A stretch of DNA of 30,010 nucleotides from Candidatus Hydrogenedentota bacterium (GCA_045863335.1 BTVY01000062.1:1-30010); one strand, 5' to 3'. Shown: positions 8,326 to 16,417, counted from the stretch's first letter. The notes: generated from the sequence alone by a model not told the origin. Translations and numbers: made by a program.

Positions 8326-9837
8326 GTGAAACAGGCACTCATCATTGCGTTGATCGTCGCCCTTGCGTTGAGCTGGCTCTGGTTTTGGACTGTGCTGGAA
8401 TCGCCGGAGCGCGCCGGCTCGTTAAGCGAAGCGGTTCTCGTCGATGACACCATCACGGTCTGGATAAACGAACTCATCGGTTCGCCGGACGAGGCGCACT
8501 ACTATCAACTCGCCGATCTCTGGAACGAATCGCATCCGCACGTGAAGGTGAAGCTCGCCGTCATGAGTCATGCGGGCTACCAGAGCAAGCTCCGCGTCGC
8601 GTTGGCGACCGGCCAGCCGCCGGACGTCTACATGGCAGGCTACCCGGAACTCGAGGCCTTTCAATACAGCGGCAAATCCGAGGATCTCGCCGTGCCCATC
8701 CCGGAGGAGTTCTTTCCCGACGCCGAGTTGAACGCTATGGGTCCGCTCGTGGGGCGCGCGTTGACGCGGGACGGCCGGCCCACCATGTTCCCGATACTGC
8801 GCTACGCCTACGGCGGTTTCCTGCTTGCGAACCGTCCCATGCTTACCGCCGCCGGGTTTGACGACTCCTCCATCCGGGAGCAGGGCTGGACCATCGACGC
8901 GTTTCGCGATGCCTGCAAGGCGATGACGCGCGACACCGATGGCGACGGTGTGAACGACACCTGGGGATTCGGCGCGGCGCTGGTTCATTTGCAGCACCTG
9001 TTCATCGACGAGTTCGGTCCCGGCATCTGGGGAAGCGATGTCTCGCGGCGACGGTTCCTGTACCAGGATCCGGAGACGAAGGCGTGGGGGCTCCACCCCG
9101 GCTTGATCGAGGAGGCCGTCGCGGAGGTCCTGACGCTTTTCGATCAGCTTGTGAACGTGGACAAGACCTGGAATCCTGCGACCTTCGGCATGAACTGGAA
9201 CGACATCAACGCGGAATTGTATGTGTACAACCGCCTCGGCATGACCTTCGGCGAGACGCCATGGTCCGCCAAGCTCTGGCGCGACATGTGGGAGGCCGAC
9301 TTCGCCGCGGGCGCGGTGACTGGCGACCCGCCTGACCTCTGCGTGATCTGGATGCCCACGCGCGAATCCGGCATGCGGCCCGCGCCACGCGCCGGCGTCA
9401 TGGGCTTTTCCGTGCTCAAGCAGACGCCCTACAAAGGCGACGCCCACACGGAGAACGCCTTGCGCGTAGCGAACTACTTTGCCGATCCCGCGCATCTCGC
9501 GCGCTCGCAGTTGCGTCGCTTCCACCATCTCCCGCCGGACACAGAAGCCTTCGCGCGCCTCTTTCCCGAACTCATGCAGACCGACGACCCCTGGGTCCGC
9601 TTCTACAACAAAGTCATGGAAAGCGACATCCCCATCGTCGAAGAACCCCTCTCGCCCAGCGACCCCCACACCCAACAGTACGCCGCCCTCCGCACCGCGG
9701 TAGACCAATGGCTCGAAAAGTCAGGACGAGACTATATCGAACAAGTGGTGTATCAGCGGCTGACGCCGCAAGAAGCGGCGCGGAGGTTTATGGAGGGGTT
9801 GGTGCTGACCGTAGACGGCGCACGCACCACCCCGTGA
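8326..9837 (+). CDS. ABC transporter extracellular solute-binding protein (sugar type), 503 aa
   Basis: N-terminal hydrophobic anchor, LATGQPPDV, WTIDAF, DTDGDGVNDTWG; operonic with the two permeases; GTG start. Confidence 0.85.
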   Translation: MKQALIIALIVALALSWLWFWTVLESPERAGSLSEAVLVDDTITVWINELIGSPDEAHYYQLADLWNESHPHVKVKLAVMSHAGYQSKLRVALATGQPPDVYMAGYPELEAFQYSGKSEDLAVPIPEEFFPDAELNAMGPLVGRALTRDGRPTMFPILRYAYGGFLLANRPMLTAAGFDDSSIREQGWTIDAFRDACKAMTRDTDGDGVNDTWGFGAALVHLQHLFIDEFGPGIWGSDVSRRRFLYQDPETKAWGLHPGLIEEAVAEVLTLFDQLVNVDKTWNPATFGMNWNDINAELYVYNRLGMTFGETPWSAKLWRDMWEADFAAGAVTGDPPDLCVIWMPTRESGMRPAPRAGVMGFSVLKQTPYKGDAHTENALRVANYFADPAHLARSQLRRFHHLPPDTEAFARLFPELMQTDDPWVRFYNKVMESDIPIVEEPLSPSDPHTQQYAALRTAVDQWLEKSGRDYIEQVVYQRLTPQEAARRFMEGLVLTVDGARTTP

Positions 9838-9902
9838 CGCATTCAAGGAGCACGGCCGTCCCGCCCGTGTAGCTACGCAGGCGGGACGCCTACGCTCCTT
9901 GG
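9833..9902 (+). repeat. Palindromic repeat family C, copy 1 (left direct repeat of TA cassette)
   Basis: CAAGGAGCACGGCCGTCCCGCCCGTGTAG/CTACGCAGGCGGGACGCCTACGCTCCTTG is a long imperfect hairpin, repeated at 11025-11094. Confidence 0.88.
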
Positions 9903-9944
9903 GGGCCCATTTTTCGGCTCGGGGAAGTCCTCGAATCCATCGGC

Positions 9945-9973
9945 TTTCCAACGAACCGGATCGGCAGTATACT
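9945..9973 (+). promoter_or_regulatory. Putative sigma70 promoter of the TA cassette
   Basis: TTTCCA-17 bp-TATACT, upstream of the AGGAGG RBS at 9989-9994. Confidence 0.4.
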
Positions 9974-10003
9974 GAATGCGGACGATTCAGGAGGCAGTTG
10001 CAG

Positions 10004-10183
10004 ATGCCAAATACGTATACGGCGGTCACAAAGCGCGACGGTGATTGGTGGATCGGCTGGATCCAGGAGGTCCCCGGCGTGAATTGTCAGGAGCGCACGC
10101 GGGAAGAGCTGCTGGATAGCCTTCGCGAAGTTCTGCTGGAGGCTCTTGCGTTTATTCCGACTGGCGATTGGAGCACGACGTGA
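10004..10183 (+). CDS. hicB: HicB-like antitoxin, 59 aa, possibly C-terminally truncated, no hicA
   Basis: YTAVTKRDGDWWIGWIQEVPGVNCQERTREELLDSLRE matches the HicB N-terminal fold pattern; AGGAGG RBS. Confidence 0.72.
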   Translation: MPNTYTAVTKRDGDWWIGWIQEVPGVNCQERTREELLDSLREVLLEALAFIPTGDWSTT

Positions 10184-10377
10184 ATACAAAAGAAAAAGTG
10201 GTGGCGATTCTCGACAAGTTGCCTGCGGACTGCACCGTCGATGATGTTCTATATCATCTCTACGTCGTGCAGGCCGTGGAGCGTGGACAGGCTGACGTTG
10301 CGGCGGGCCGCACCATCCCTCACGAGGAGGTCGAAGAGAGACTGCGCAAGAAATGGCTCCGCACGAGCGACGAGTAG
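10180..10377 (+). CDS. Putative antitoxin of RelE/ParE module, 65 aa
   Basis: LDKLPADCTVDDVLYHLYV...ERGQADVAAGRTIPHEEV; GTG start overlaps the hicB stop (GTGA); overlaps the toxin start. Confidence 0.75.
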   Translation: MNTKEKVVAILDKLPADCTVDDVLYHLYVVQAVERGQADVAAGRTIPHEEVEERLRKKWLRTSDE

Positions 10378-10649
10378 TTTGGACCCCGCGAGCTGAGCGT
10401 ATGCTTGACGACGCGGTGGCATACGTTGCCCAGGATTCGTATGACGCGGCCATACAAATTATTAGACTCGCACTCGAAAAAGCTGCCTCGCTCAATGTCT
10501 TGAGCGAACGGGGACGCGTAGTACCCGAGTTTGGCACGACGAATCTTCGTGAACTAATAGTGGAACGGTATCGGCTAATTTATGAGGTTGATCTTCACGA
10601 AGTTCGAATCGTGGCGTTCGTACATTGCGCCAGAGAGATGAACCGGTAG
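10353..10649 (+). CDS. RelE/ParE family toxin, 98 aa
   Basis: VVWTPRA, GRVVPEF, LRELIVERYRLIYEV, IVAFVH. Confidence 0.88.
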   Translation: MAPHERRVVWTPRAERMLDDAVAYVAQDSYDAAIQIIRLALEKAASLNVLSERGRVVPEFGTTNLRELIVERYRLIYEVDLHEVRIVAFVHCAREMNR

Positions 10650-10682
10650 CTCTCAATCCTTTATTCACGGGAGACCCAGCCC

Positions 10683-11000
10683 ATGCCCACCTGTCCCTGC
10701 GGTTTCGATTACGTCAAAGCCTAGCCGGAAGGCCGCGAACTCGATACGTACGCCGTCATCCACGACAAGGACTACCGCCGGGTGTTGAAGAAGGAACTCG
10801 CCCATCTCACCGAAACCGACAAGGAGAAGAAAGGCAAACGCCTTGCCGATGTTTCGCGGTGGGTGGGTAGTCTGATGCATTGTCCCGAATGTGGCGCATG
10901 GATGTTCTTACCGCCGGAGAAGCGTTGCGAGGACCACGAGTTCGTTGTGCTGAATCCGGCTTCTCAAGATCCCGCTTGTTGCACGCGCGGCGCGGATTGA
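10683..11000 (+). pseudogene. Small zinc-ribbon-like protein interrupted by an in-frame TAG at 10722-10724
   Basis: GGGAGA RBS then ATG 10683: MPTCPCGFDYVKA*PEGRELDTYAVIHDKDYRRVLKKE...HCPECGAW, in frame with track ORF 10782..11000. Confidence 0.65.
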
Positions 11001-11024
11001 ATTCAACGATGTCCGATCGCTCGG

Positions 11025-11094
11025 CGTGACGCAACCTAGGAGCACGGGCGTCCCGCCCGTGTAGGTGCGCAGGCGGGACGCCTACGCTCCTTGG
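11025..11094 (+). repeat. Palindromic repeat family C, copy 2 (right direct repeat of TA cassette)
   Basis: About 6 mismatches in 70 bp versus 9833-9902 by manual alignment. Confidence 0.88.
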
Positions 11095-11157
11095 AGGCGC
11101 TCTCCTGTCGTGAGAGTGCGGATGTCGTACGCGCGCAGGTCATGACCTTTCCCCTTG

Positions 11158-11185
11158 AAGATGGCCCCCTTCGCGGGGGTGACGG
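11158..11185 (-). repeat. REP-like palindrome CCGTCACCCCCGCGAAGGGGGCCATCT (single copy)
   Basis: CCCCC-GCGAA-GGGGG stem; resembles the GTCATCCCCGCGAAGGCGGGG type of REP (recalled, not searched). Confidence 0.45.
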
Positions 11186-11212
11186 GTTGGGGACCACACG
11201 ACATTCGACGGG

Positions 11213-11267
11213 TTGTGGTGCAGACTTACAGCCTGCCAGCGTTGCAGGCTGGAAGCCCGCACCACAA
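11213..11267. repeat. REP doublet TTGTGGTGCGGGCTTCCAGCCTGC (inverted pair)
   Basis: 24-bp arms with 3 mismatches and a 7-nt loop. Confidence 0.75.
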
Positions 11268-11393
11268 TAGGCGGCCGCTTTGATTTCGCGTACCCCGCTC
11301 CTGTCGAAATATAGTTTACTCTATATGTACTGGTTCGGGGTCTCCGAAGGCCACGGGCGCCCGCACCGCCATCGCAACCACCAAGTGCCGCTA

Positions 11394-11431
11394 CTCCCTC
11401 CCCGTCCACGGGGAGGGCTGGGGAGGGGGTC
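11394..11431 (-). repeat. REP-like palindrome CCCCTCCCCAGCCCTCCCCGTGGACGGGGAGGG
   Basis: CCCTCCCCGT-CC-ACGGGGAGGG perfect stem plus a duplicated GGGGAGGG arm, the same architecture as a family B arm. Confidence 0.65.
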
Positions 11432-11536
11432 TTTCCCTGGTTTGGGCGACAAGGGTTTACGCCCGCCCAAGTGGCATATGCGAAGTGATTTACGCGAATT
11501 GGGCCGGTGAATATCGTGAATAGTTCAAAAATCCTA

Positions 11537-11565
11537 TTGACAAAACGGCAGACTTGGACTAATTT
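11537..11565 (+). promoter_or_regulatory. Putative sigma70 promoter for the TetR/prepilin-like operon
   Basis: Perfect TTGACA (11537-11542), 17 bp, TAATTT; GTCGAC-N5-GTCGAC palindrome at 11586-11602 is a candidate operator. Confidence 0.5.
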
Positions 11566-11638
11566 GGACCCTAGGTGAACGAAAGGTCGACGGTTTGTCG
11601 ACAAATGAACCTCGGGGTTGCAGGTTCAGGAGTCTTCC

Positions 11639-12406
11639 GTGGCGGTCAATCGCATGCGTGCACTTTCCCCCAAGCAGCAGGAACTGCTCGAGCGGGACGC
11701 CAAAGTGCTCAGCGCGGCGCGAGGCCTTATCCTCGAGCGCGGCTATTACGGCGTCACCATGGACCACATCGCCCGCGCCAGCGGCTGCCGCAAGGGCACC
11801 CTATATCACCGCTTTGCTTCCAAGGAAGACGTCTTCGTCGCGCTCGCCGCCGATTCGCTCGAACGGCGTTCCGCCATGATGGAACGGGCGGCCGCCTTCA
11901 AGGGCCGGAGCCGCGAGCGGGTCCTCGCCCTGGGCGAAGCCGTCACCTTATTCACCCGCTTGCACACCGACGACTCCCGCATCCTGCACACCACCATGGG
12001 ACCCATTCGGGAGAAGGCCTCTCCCGAACGCTTCTTGGCCCTCGTGGAGCAGGAGAAGCGCAACATACAGTTCGTTAACGGAATTCTCCGCGACGCCGTC
12101 GACGAAGGCGATCTGGTCGTGGAATCCGAAGACACGCTCCACGAAATTGCCCTGGGAACCTGGGGCCTGGTGGACGGCTGCTTCACGCTGGTCGAAAGCG
12201 GCATTCCCCAACTCGTCCTTGGAATCAACAATCCATTCTATAGAGTGTGGCGCTCGTTCAACCGTTTGGCGGACGCCTATGGCTGGAAGCCCCTGTTCGA
12301 TGAATGGGATTACGAGGAGAGTTTGAAGCAAGTCCGTTTGCAGATCTTTCCCGAAGAGTCGGTACAGCTCTACGGGGAAGACAATTGGTATGGCGATCAC
12401 GGCTGA
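11639..12406 (+). CDS. TetR/AcrR family transcriptional regulator
   Basis: HTH: [41 protein letters not shown]; GTG start 6 nt after AGGAG (alternative ATG 11654). Confidence 0.9.
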   Translation: MAVNRMRALSPKQQELLERDAKVLSAARGLILERGYYGVTMDHIARASGCRKGTLYHRFASKEDVFVALAADSLERRSAMMERAAAFKGRSRERVLALGEAVTLFTRLHTDDSRILHTTMGPIREKASPERFLALVEQEKRNIQFVNGILRDAVDEGDLVVESEDTLHEIALGTWGLVDGCFTLVESGIPQLVLGINNPFYRVWRSFNRLADAYGWKPLFDEWDYEESLKQVRLQIFPEESVQLYGEDNWYGDHG

Positions 12407-12494
12407 GCCGCGTGTGTGGCGGGGTTTGGCCTTTGTTCGAGATGTGTCGCTAAACGCAACTGGTTGGTGCACTTTTACCTGGGGGAGACTGAAC

Positions 12495-13513
12495 ATGAGA
12501 CAGAAGAAAGGTTTTACGCTGATCGAACTGTTGGTGGTCATCGCCATCATCGGCATCCTGGCCGCCATCCTGCTGCCCGCCCTGGCCCGGGAGGCCGCCC
12601 GCCGCGCAAGCTGCCAGAACAACCTGAAACAATGGGGCCTGGTTTTCAAGATGTACTCCGGCGAATCGCCCGGCGCCAAGTTCCCGCCGTTGATGCACCA
12701 GGGATCGGAACATCCAAATCCTTTGGTGTTGGCGACGGGGCTTTGGACCCCATGGTGTTCATCGGTCTATCCCGAGTATTTGACGGACCCGAATCTCCAT
12801 ATTTGTCCGTCGAACTCCGACATGTCTTCCGAGGACATGTACGTAGATGGTTACTGCGTCTTGAGTAGCGACCCTGACCAAGACGGTGAACTCGGCGTTG
12901 CTTCGGATGCCGGTTTCGCGGTTTGGTGGAAAGCTGCCCGATCTTACAATTACAACTCTTTTGCGTACAATTACGCTGACAACGATGCACCGTACCAAAA
13001 CACCGCCGAGGACATGGTTGCCTGGTTCGGTATGTCCCTGCCTGCAACGGTGGACCCGAATGTACTACTGCCAAACCAGCCTGCGATGGCGTTTGTAACG
13101 CTGACCGTAGATCTCCTCACCGGTACGAACAGTGCGGCTCCCCAATTGAACAGAGCAACCTGTCAAACATCTTCGCGGTAATGGATGCGGACCGGGAGGT
13201 TGAGGGTCCTCTGGTATTCGGTCAAGCTGCTGGGACTACATCACCCGAGCAAACCATCTTCCGGCTTCGGGAAGGGATTGAACGATTCTACATTACCGAC
13301 ATCAACAACCCTGCCGGCAGTGCGACGGCGCAGAGCGAATTGCCCGTCATGTGGGACGCCGTGTCCATCGTCGTGCAAGATTTCAACCACGTCCCTGGCG
13401 GCGCGAATGTGTTGTTCATGGACGGGCATGTCGCGTTCGACAGGTACCCGAGCGAAAAATTCCCGGCGAACGTATTGGGTGGACTCACGGGCTGGATGAA
13501 CCGCGGCTCATGA
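12495..13513 (+). pseudogene. Prepilin-type N-terminal cleavage/methylation, DUF1559/H-X9-DG protein, split by a -1 frameshift near 13140
   Basis: [27 protein letters not shown]...SCQNNLKQ in frame 12495..13181. RLREGIERF...FNHVPGGANVLFMDGHV (H-X9-DG) is in the -1 frame ending 13513. Confidence 0.85.
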
Positions 13514-13565
13514 TCTGCGGAGTTCGAATCTATAACAACTACGTAGAGTAAATCGAAATTGACGT

Positions 13566-13614
13566 CGTCGGCGGTTCTCCCGCGGGCCTCAGGTCCGCCC
13601 GAGAACCGCCGACG
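13566..13614. terminator. Strong hairpin, probable terminator between convergent genes
   Basis: 14-bp perfect stem CGTCGGCGGTTCTC/GAGAACCGCCGACG with an inner stem; only a weak T tract follows. Confidence 0.55.
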
Positions 13615-13639
13615 CGTTTATCCACTCCAGGCGCCCTGG

Positions 13640-13732
13640 AGAAAAATAGGGACAGCTCCCTTTTTCCTTCTCAGTCTCTGGACCATTTTCTCAGCGATCG
13701 AAAAGGAAAAAGGGAACTGTCCCTATTTTTCT
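13640..13732. repeat. REP doublet AGAAAAATAGGGACAGYTCCCTTTTTCCTT (inverted pair); degenerate third arm at 13751-13774
   Basis: 30-bp arms (13640-13669 and 13703-13732) with 1 mismatch; each arm is itself palindromic. Confidence 0.85.
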
Positions 13733-13816
13733 ACTCCGCGATCGCGTATGAAAGTGGGAGCTGCCCCGATTCTTCCCACACGTCGTGTCCCTTTCAGTGG
13801 GATTTGCGGCAGCCAT

Positions 13817-13839
13817 GTAGGTCGGGATTGAATCCCGAC
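13817..13839 (+). repeat. GTAG-type REP GTAGGTCGGGATTGAATCCCGAC
   Basis: GTAG followed by the perfect stem GTCGGGATT/AATCCCGAC. Confidence 0.65.
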
Positions 13840-13966
13840 CAGTCCCTTTCTCGACGAGTCCGCACATACCAAACGCCACGTGATGGGATTCGACCCCCGG
13901 CACCCACCACACACGGAAAGAAGCGCCGCGAACCGCGTTCCAAGCCCACAGAAGATAAGTGGGCCA

Positions 13967-14130
13967 TGTGGAGTGCGGTCACGCCCTGGCGTGACTGCTT
14001 TCACTAAGCAGGCTTGCCTGCGGCCTAAGTGGATGAGTCCCGTCCATTTTTCCAAAGCGGATTGAATCGATGTTCCTAGGGCTTGGGGGTTAGCCCAAAC
14101 AAAAGCAGCCCCAAGGGGCCGCACTCCACA
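13967..14130. repeat. REP doublet TGTGGAGTGCGG-(stem)-CTGCTTT (inverted pair)
   Basis: Arms at 13967-14001 and 14101-14130 share TGTGGAGTGCGG...CTGCTTT but have different inner stems. Confidence 0.75.
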
Positions 14131-14228
14131 CGGCGCTTGGAGTGGGTTATCTGCAACCTCACGAAGGTCGGTGAGCGCTCAGCGCAAGAGAACTTCCGGG
14201 ACGGAAATCATTTCCGTCCTACAGGGGG

Positions 14229-15683
14229 CTACGCGATGATGTCGCGTACGATGTTGCCGTGGACGTCGGTGAGGCGGAAGTCGCGGCCCTGGTACGGAAA
14301 GGTGAGCCGTTCGTGATCGATCCCCATGAGATGGAGGATGGTCGCGTTGAGGTCGTGGATGTGGACGGGGTTCTCGACGATGTTGTAGCCGAACTCGTCC
14401 GTCTTGCCGTAGGTGAATCCGGATTTCAATCCCGCTCCGGCCATGAACACCGTGAAGCAGCGGCCGTGATGGTCGCGGCCGTAGTTCTCCGCGGTCAGCT
14501 TGCCCTGGCAGTACACGGTGCGCCCAAACTCGCCGCCCCAGATGACCAGCGTGTCGTCCAGCATGCCGCGCTGCTTCAGGTCCATGATCAAGGCCGCGGT
14601 CGCCTGGTCCGTGTCGGCGCACTGTTCGGTCAGGTCGTTGGGCAGGTTGTTGTGCTGGTCCCAATCGCGGTGGAAAAGCTGAATGAACCGCACGCCGCGC
14701 TCGGCCAGGCGCCGCGCGAGCAGACAGTTGGACGCGTAGGTCCCCGGTTGGCGCGCCTTGTCACCGTAGAGGTCGAAGATGTAATCGGGCTCGTCGGACG
14801 TGTCCGCGAGGTCCGGCACGGAAGTCTGCATGCGATAGGCCATTTCGTACTGGGCGATGCGCGTGTTGATCTCCGGGTCGCTGTAGTCCTCGAACTGCAT
14901 GGAGTTCAGTTTTGCCAGACTGTCCAGCATGCGCCGTCGCGTCATGTCGTCGACCCCCGGCGGGTTGGACAGGTACAACACGGGATCACCGCCGGACCGG
15001 AACTTCACACCCTGGTACTCCGACGGCAGGAATCCCGATCCCCAGAGCCGGTCGAACAAGGCCTGCGCCGGACGCTTCATATCCGTGCGCGACAGCATGA
15101 CGATGAAGGACGGCAAATCCTGGTTCTCGGTGCCAAGCCCGTAGGTTAGCCACGCGCCGACGCTGGGACGTCCGGGCTGTTGGCTGCCGGTCTGGATGTA
15201 GGTGATCGCCGGATCGTGATTGATGGCTTCCGTATTGACGGTCTTAACGAAACACAACTCGTCCGCGATGGACGCGATGTGGGGGAGACGATCGCTCACC
15301 CAGGCGCCGGACTGGCCGCGCTGATCGAATTTGAACATGGACGACACGAGGGGGAAGCTGTCTTGCCCGGAAGTCATTCCCGTGAGCCGCTGGCCCATGC
15401 GGACGGAATCCGGCAGCTCGCTTCCGTGGAGTCCCTGCAGGTCGGGTTTGTAATCGAAGAGATCGAGCTGCGAAGGTCCGCCGGATTGGAACAGGTAAAT
15501 GATGCGCTTAGCCTTCGGCGCGAAATGAGGCCCGGCGAGTCCGCCCGCCGTCGGGTCCGTGAGCGCCGCCAAGGCCCTGGGGTTCAATAACGAACCCAGC
15601 GCGGCAACGCCTATACCTGCACTGCAGCGCCCAAAGAAATGGCGGCGGGTCCACAGCAACTCATTCTCGCGAATCGGATCCAT
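14229..15683 (-). CDS. DUF1501 domain protein (sulfatase-like, Tat-type RRxFF N-terminus), paralog 2
   Basis: [61 protein letters not shown]. Confidence 0.92.
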   Translation of the reverse strand: MDPIRENELLWTRRHFFGRCSAGIGVAALGSLLNPRALAALTDPTAGGLAGPHFAPKAKRIIYLFQSGGPSQLDLFDYKPDLQGLHGSELPDSVRMGQRLTGMTSGQDSFPLVSSMFKFDQRGQSGAWVSDRLPHIASIADELCFVKTVNTEAINHDPAITYIQTGSQQPGRPSVGAWLTYGLGTENQDLPSFIVMLSRTDMKRPAQALFDRLWGSGFLPSEYQGVKFRSGGDPVLYLSNPPGVDDMTRRRMLDSLAKLNSMQFEDYSDPEINTRIAQYEMAYRMQTSVPDLADTSDEPDYIFDLYGDKARQPGTYASNCLLARRLAERGVRFIQLFHRDWDQHNNLPNDLTEQCADTDQATAALIMDLKQRGMLDDTLVIWGGEFGRTVYCQGKLTAENYGRDHHGRCFTVFMAGAGLKSGFTYGKTDEFGYNIVENPVHIHDLNATILHLMGIDHERLTFPYQGRDFRLTDVHGNIVRDIIA

Positions 15684-15773
15684 CGGAACGACCTTTCACA
15701 TCCAAATCCGGGCAGATTTGCCTGCCTTTGCAGCCTTTCCAGAATATAGGAATCGTTCGGAAATGTAAAGTTA

Positions 15774-15892
15774 TTGCGGATTGCGGATTGCGGACTGCGG
15801 ACTGCGGACTGCGGATTGCGGATTGCGGATTGCGGATTGCGGACTGCGGACTGCGGACTGCGGACTGCGGACTGCGGACTGCGGACTGCGGA
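15774..15892 (+). repeat. Heptamer tandem array (YTGCGGA)x17, with degenerate units to about 15917
   Basis: Counted directly: T3 C3 T4 C7 at the first position; 119 bp. Confidence 0.97.
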
Positions 15893-15923
15893 CTGCTGGG
15901 ATTGGGGGATTAAGAATCGGCAC

Positions 15924-16277
15924 CTACTTGCGCGCGCGGGCCGTCTTAATGGAAGCGACGACCATGGAGAGAATCTCATTCGCTTCGGTTCGGAGTTCAG
16001 TAAGTCGCTCCTGCTTCATCAGTCCAGCGTCGATGAGGATTTCCATCCAATAGAGCGCCTCGTCACATTCCTCCTCAACGATTCCCATCTTGGAAATGAA
16101 ATCCGGTCGAGACTTGGCCCGGCACGCGGCCCGATAATTCGCCCCCACGGAAGTTCCACATCGGATCAATTGCCGCCCAATGACATCTGCAGTCCGTGAT
16201 TTCGGTAACGCTTCACACAGCCGAATTGTCCGCAGCGCGAAGGCCCTCGTCCGCTCCCGAAACTCGTTGGTTTCCAA
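15924..16277 (-). CDS. Four helix bundle protein (TIGR02436 / 23S rRNA IVS-protein-like), 117 aa
   Basis: RTRAFALRTIRL...QLIRCGTSVGANYRAACRAKSRPDFISKMGIVEEECDEALYWMEIL...EANEILSM; TTG start. Confidence 0.92.
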   Translation of the reverse strand: METNEFRERTRAFALRTIRLCEALPKSRTADVIGRQLIRCGTSVGANYRAACRAKSRPDFISKMGIVEEECDEALYWMEILIDAGLMKQERLTELRTEANEILSMVVASIKTARARK

Positions 16278-16336
16278 TCCTCAATCCCTATTTCACATAA
16301 CCCGGCAGAACCTGTGCCACCTCGGGCCCACATCGT

Positions 16337-16365
16337 ATAATAGTGCAGATCCCCCGCGCTCGCAA
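16337..16365 (-). promoter_or_regulatory. Putative sigma70 promoter of the four-helix-bundle gene
   Basis: On the minus strand TTGCGA-17 bp-TATTAT; the -35 box is the innermost degenerate heptamer unit. Confidence 0.45.
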
Positions 16366-16407
16366 TCCCCAATCTTTAATCCGCAATCCGCAATCCGCAG
16401 TCCGCAA
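16360..16407 (-). repeat. Inverted heptamer array: 4 perfect TCCGCAR units (16380-16407) plus 3 degenerate units
   Basis: TCGCAA TCCCCAA TCTTTAA TCCGCAA TCCGCAA TCCGCAG TCCGCAA; reverse complement of the 15774 array unit. Confidence 0.92.
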
Positions 16408-16417
16408 TTCCTCCCGC

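Noticed and set aside
15611-16199. ORFs with RIADCGLRTADCGL or QSAVRSPQSAIRNP repeats
   Set aside because: They are translations of the heptamer DNA array, which gives the same peptide in every frame; no evidence of coding.
15924-16277. Diversity-generating retroelement or rRNA intervening sequence
   Set aside because: No reverse transcriptase, no template/variable repeat pair with adenine-specific differences, and no rRNA in the window.
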